From Patescibacteria group bacterium (GTDB lineage: Bacteria; Patescibacteriota; Patescibacteriia; S139-126; S139-133), in NCBI GenBank assembly GCA_049604715.1, contig JBMYTV010000012.1, positions 1 to 27,053 of the forward strand: DNA of 27,053 bases. Direction: 5' to 3'. The notes below the pieces were generated by a model. The model was not told the DNA's origin. It worked only from the letters and a program-made list of their open reading frames with translations, and did not search any database. Of the stretch, positions 26,974 to 27,053 are shown piece after piece. Position 1 is the stretch's first letter, and every line of letters begins with the position of its first letter. The translations under genes and the position numbers were made by a program.

Positions 26974-27053
26974 CGTCGCTCCCGAGCGACGTGGCACGCC
27001 ATATAGTGGAGTGCCTAATTCGCAAGATGTGTTTTGGTTATAATGCCATGGCA

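Overview
The window is a low-GC (hand-counted about 38-40% in typical lines), compact, mostly housekeeping stretch of a bacterial genome, with a compositionally distinct island near the middle. The minus-strand block carries rpsP (partial), an 865-aa SMC, rnc, a NusB-NUDIX fusion, rpmF, gyrA, and three small hypotheticals. The plus strand carries rpsA, a flippase/O-antigen-ligase pair, a SAM-I riboswitch driving metK, a KhpA-like KH protein, trmD, two paralogous W/Y-rich repeat proteins, and an rRNA operon start (16S, then tRNA-Ile-GAT). The reduced proteins, weak Shine-Dalgarno use and atypical 16S primer sites suggest a Candidate-Phyla-Radiation-like or similarly reduced lineage. This is inference from gene content only, not established. 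The most unusual feature lies between khpA and trmD, which are normally neighbours in the rpsP-khpA-rimM-trmD-rplS cluster. There, a roughly 4.2-kb insertion holds seven tandem, minus-strand genes for small (104-152 aa) predicted 3-TM membrane proteins of shared architecture. The same insertion holds two non-membrane genes, three copies of a conserved hairpin-terminator repeat, and a possible RHH-like regulator. Two further hairpin-repeat families mark khpA (CCCCGCC type) and the W/Y-rich paralogs downstream of trmD (CCTGTCGA type). Other points of interest are an SMC without a recognisable hinge or hook, an MBL-fold homolog lacking its His ligands, a G+C-rich SPFH-like gene that looks horizontally acquired, and a G+T-rich, C-poor ORF/RNA after metK.
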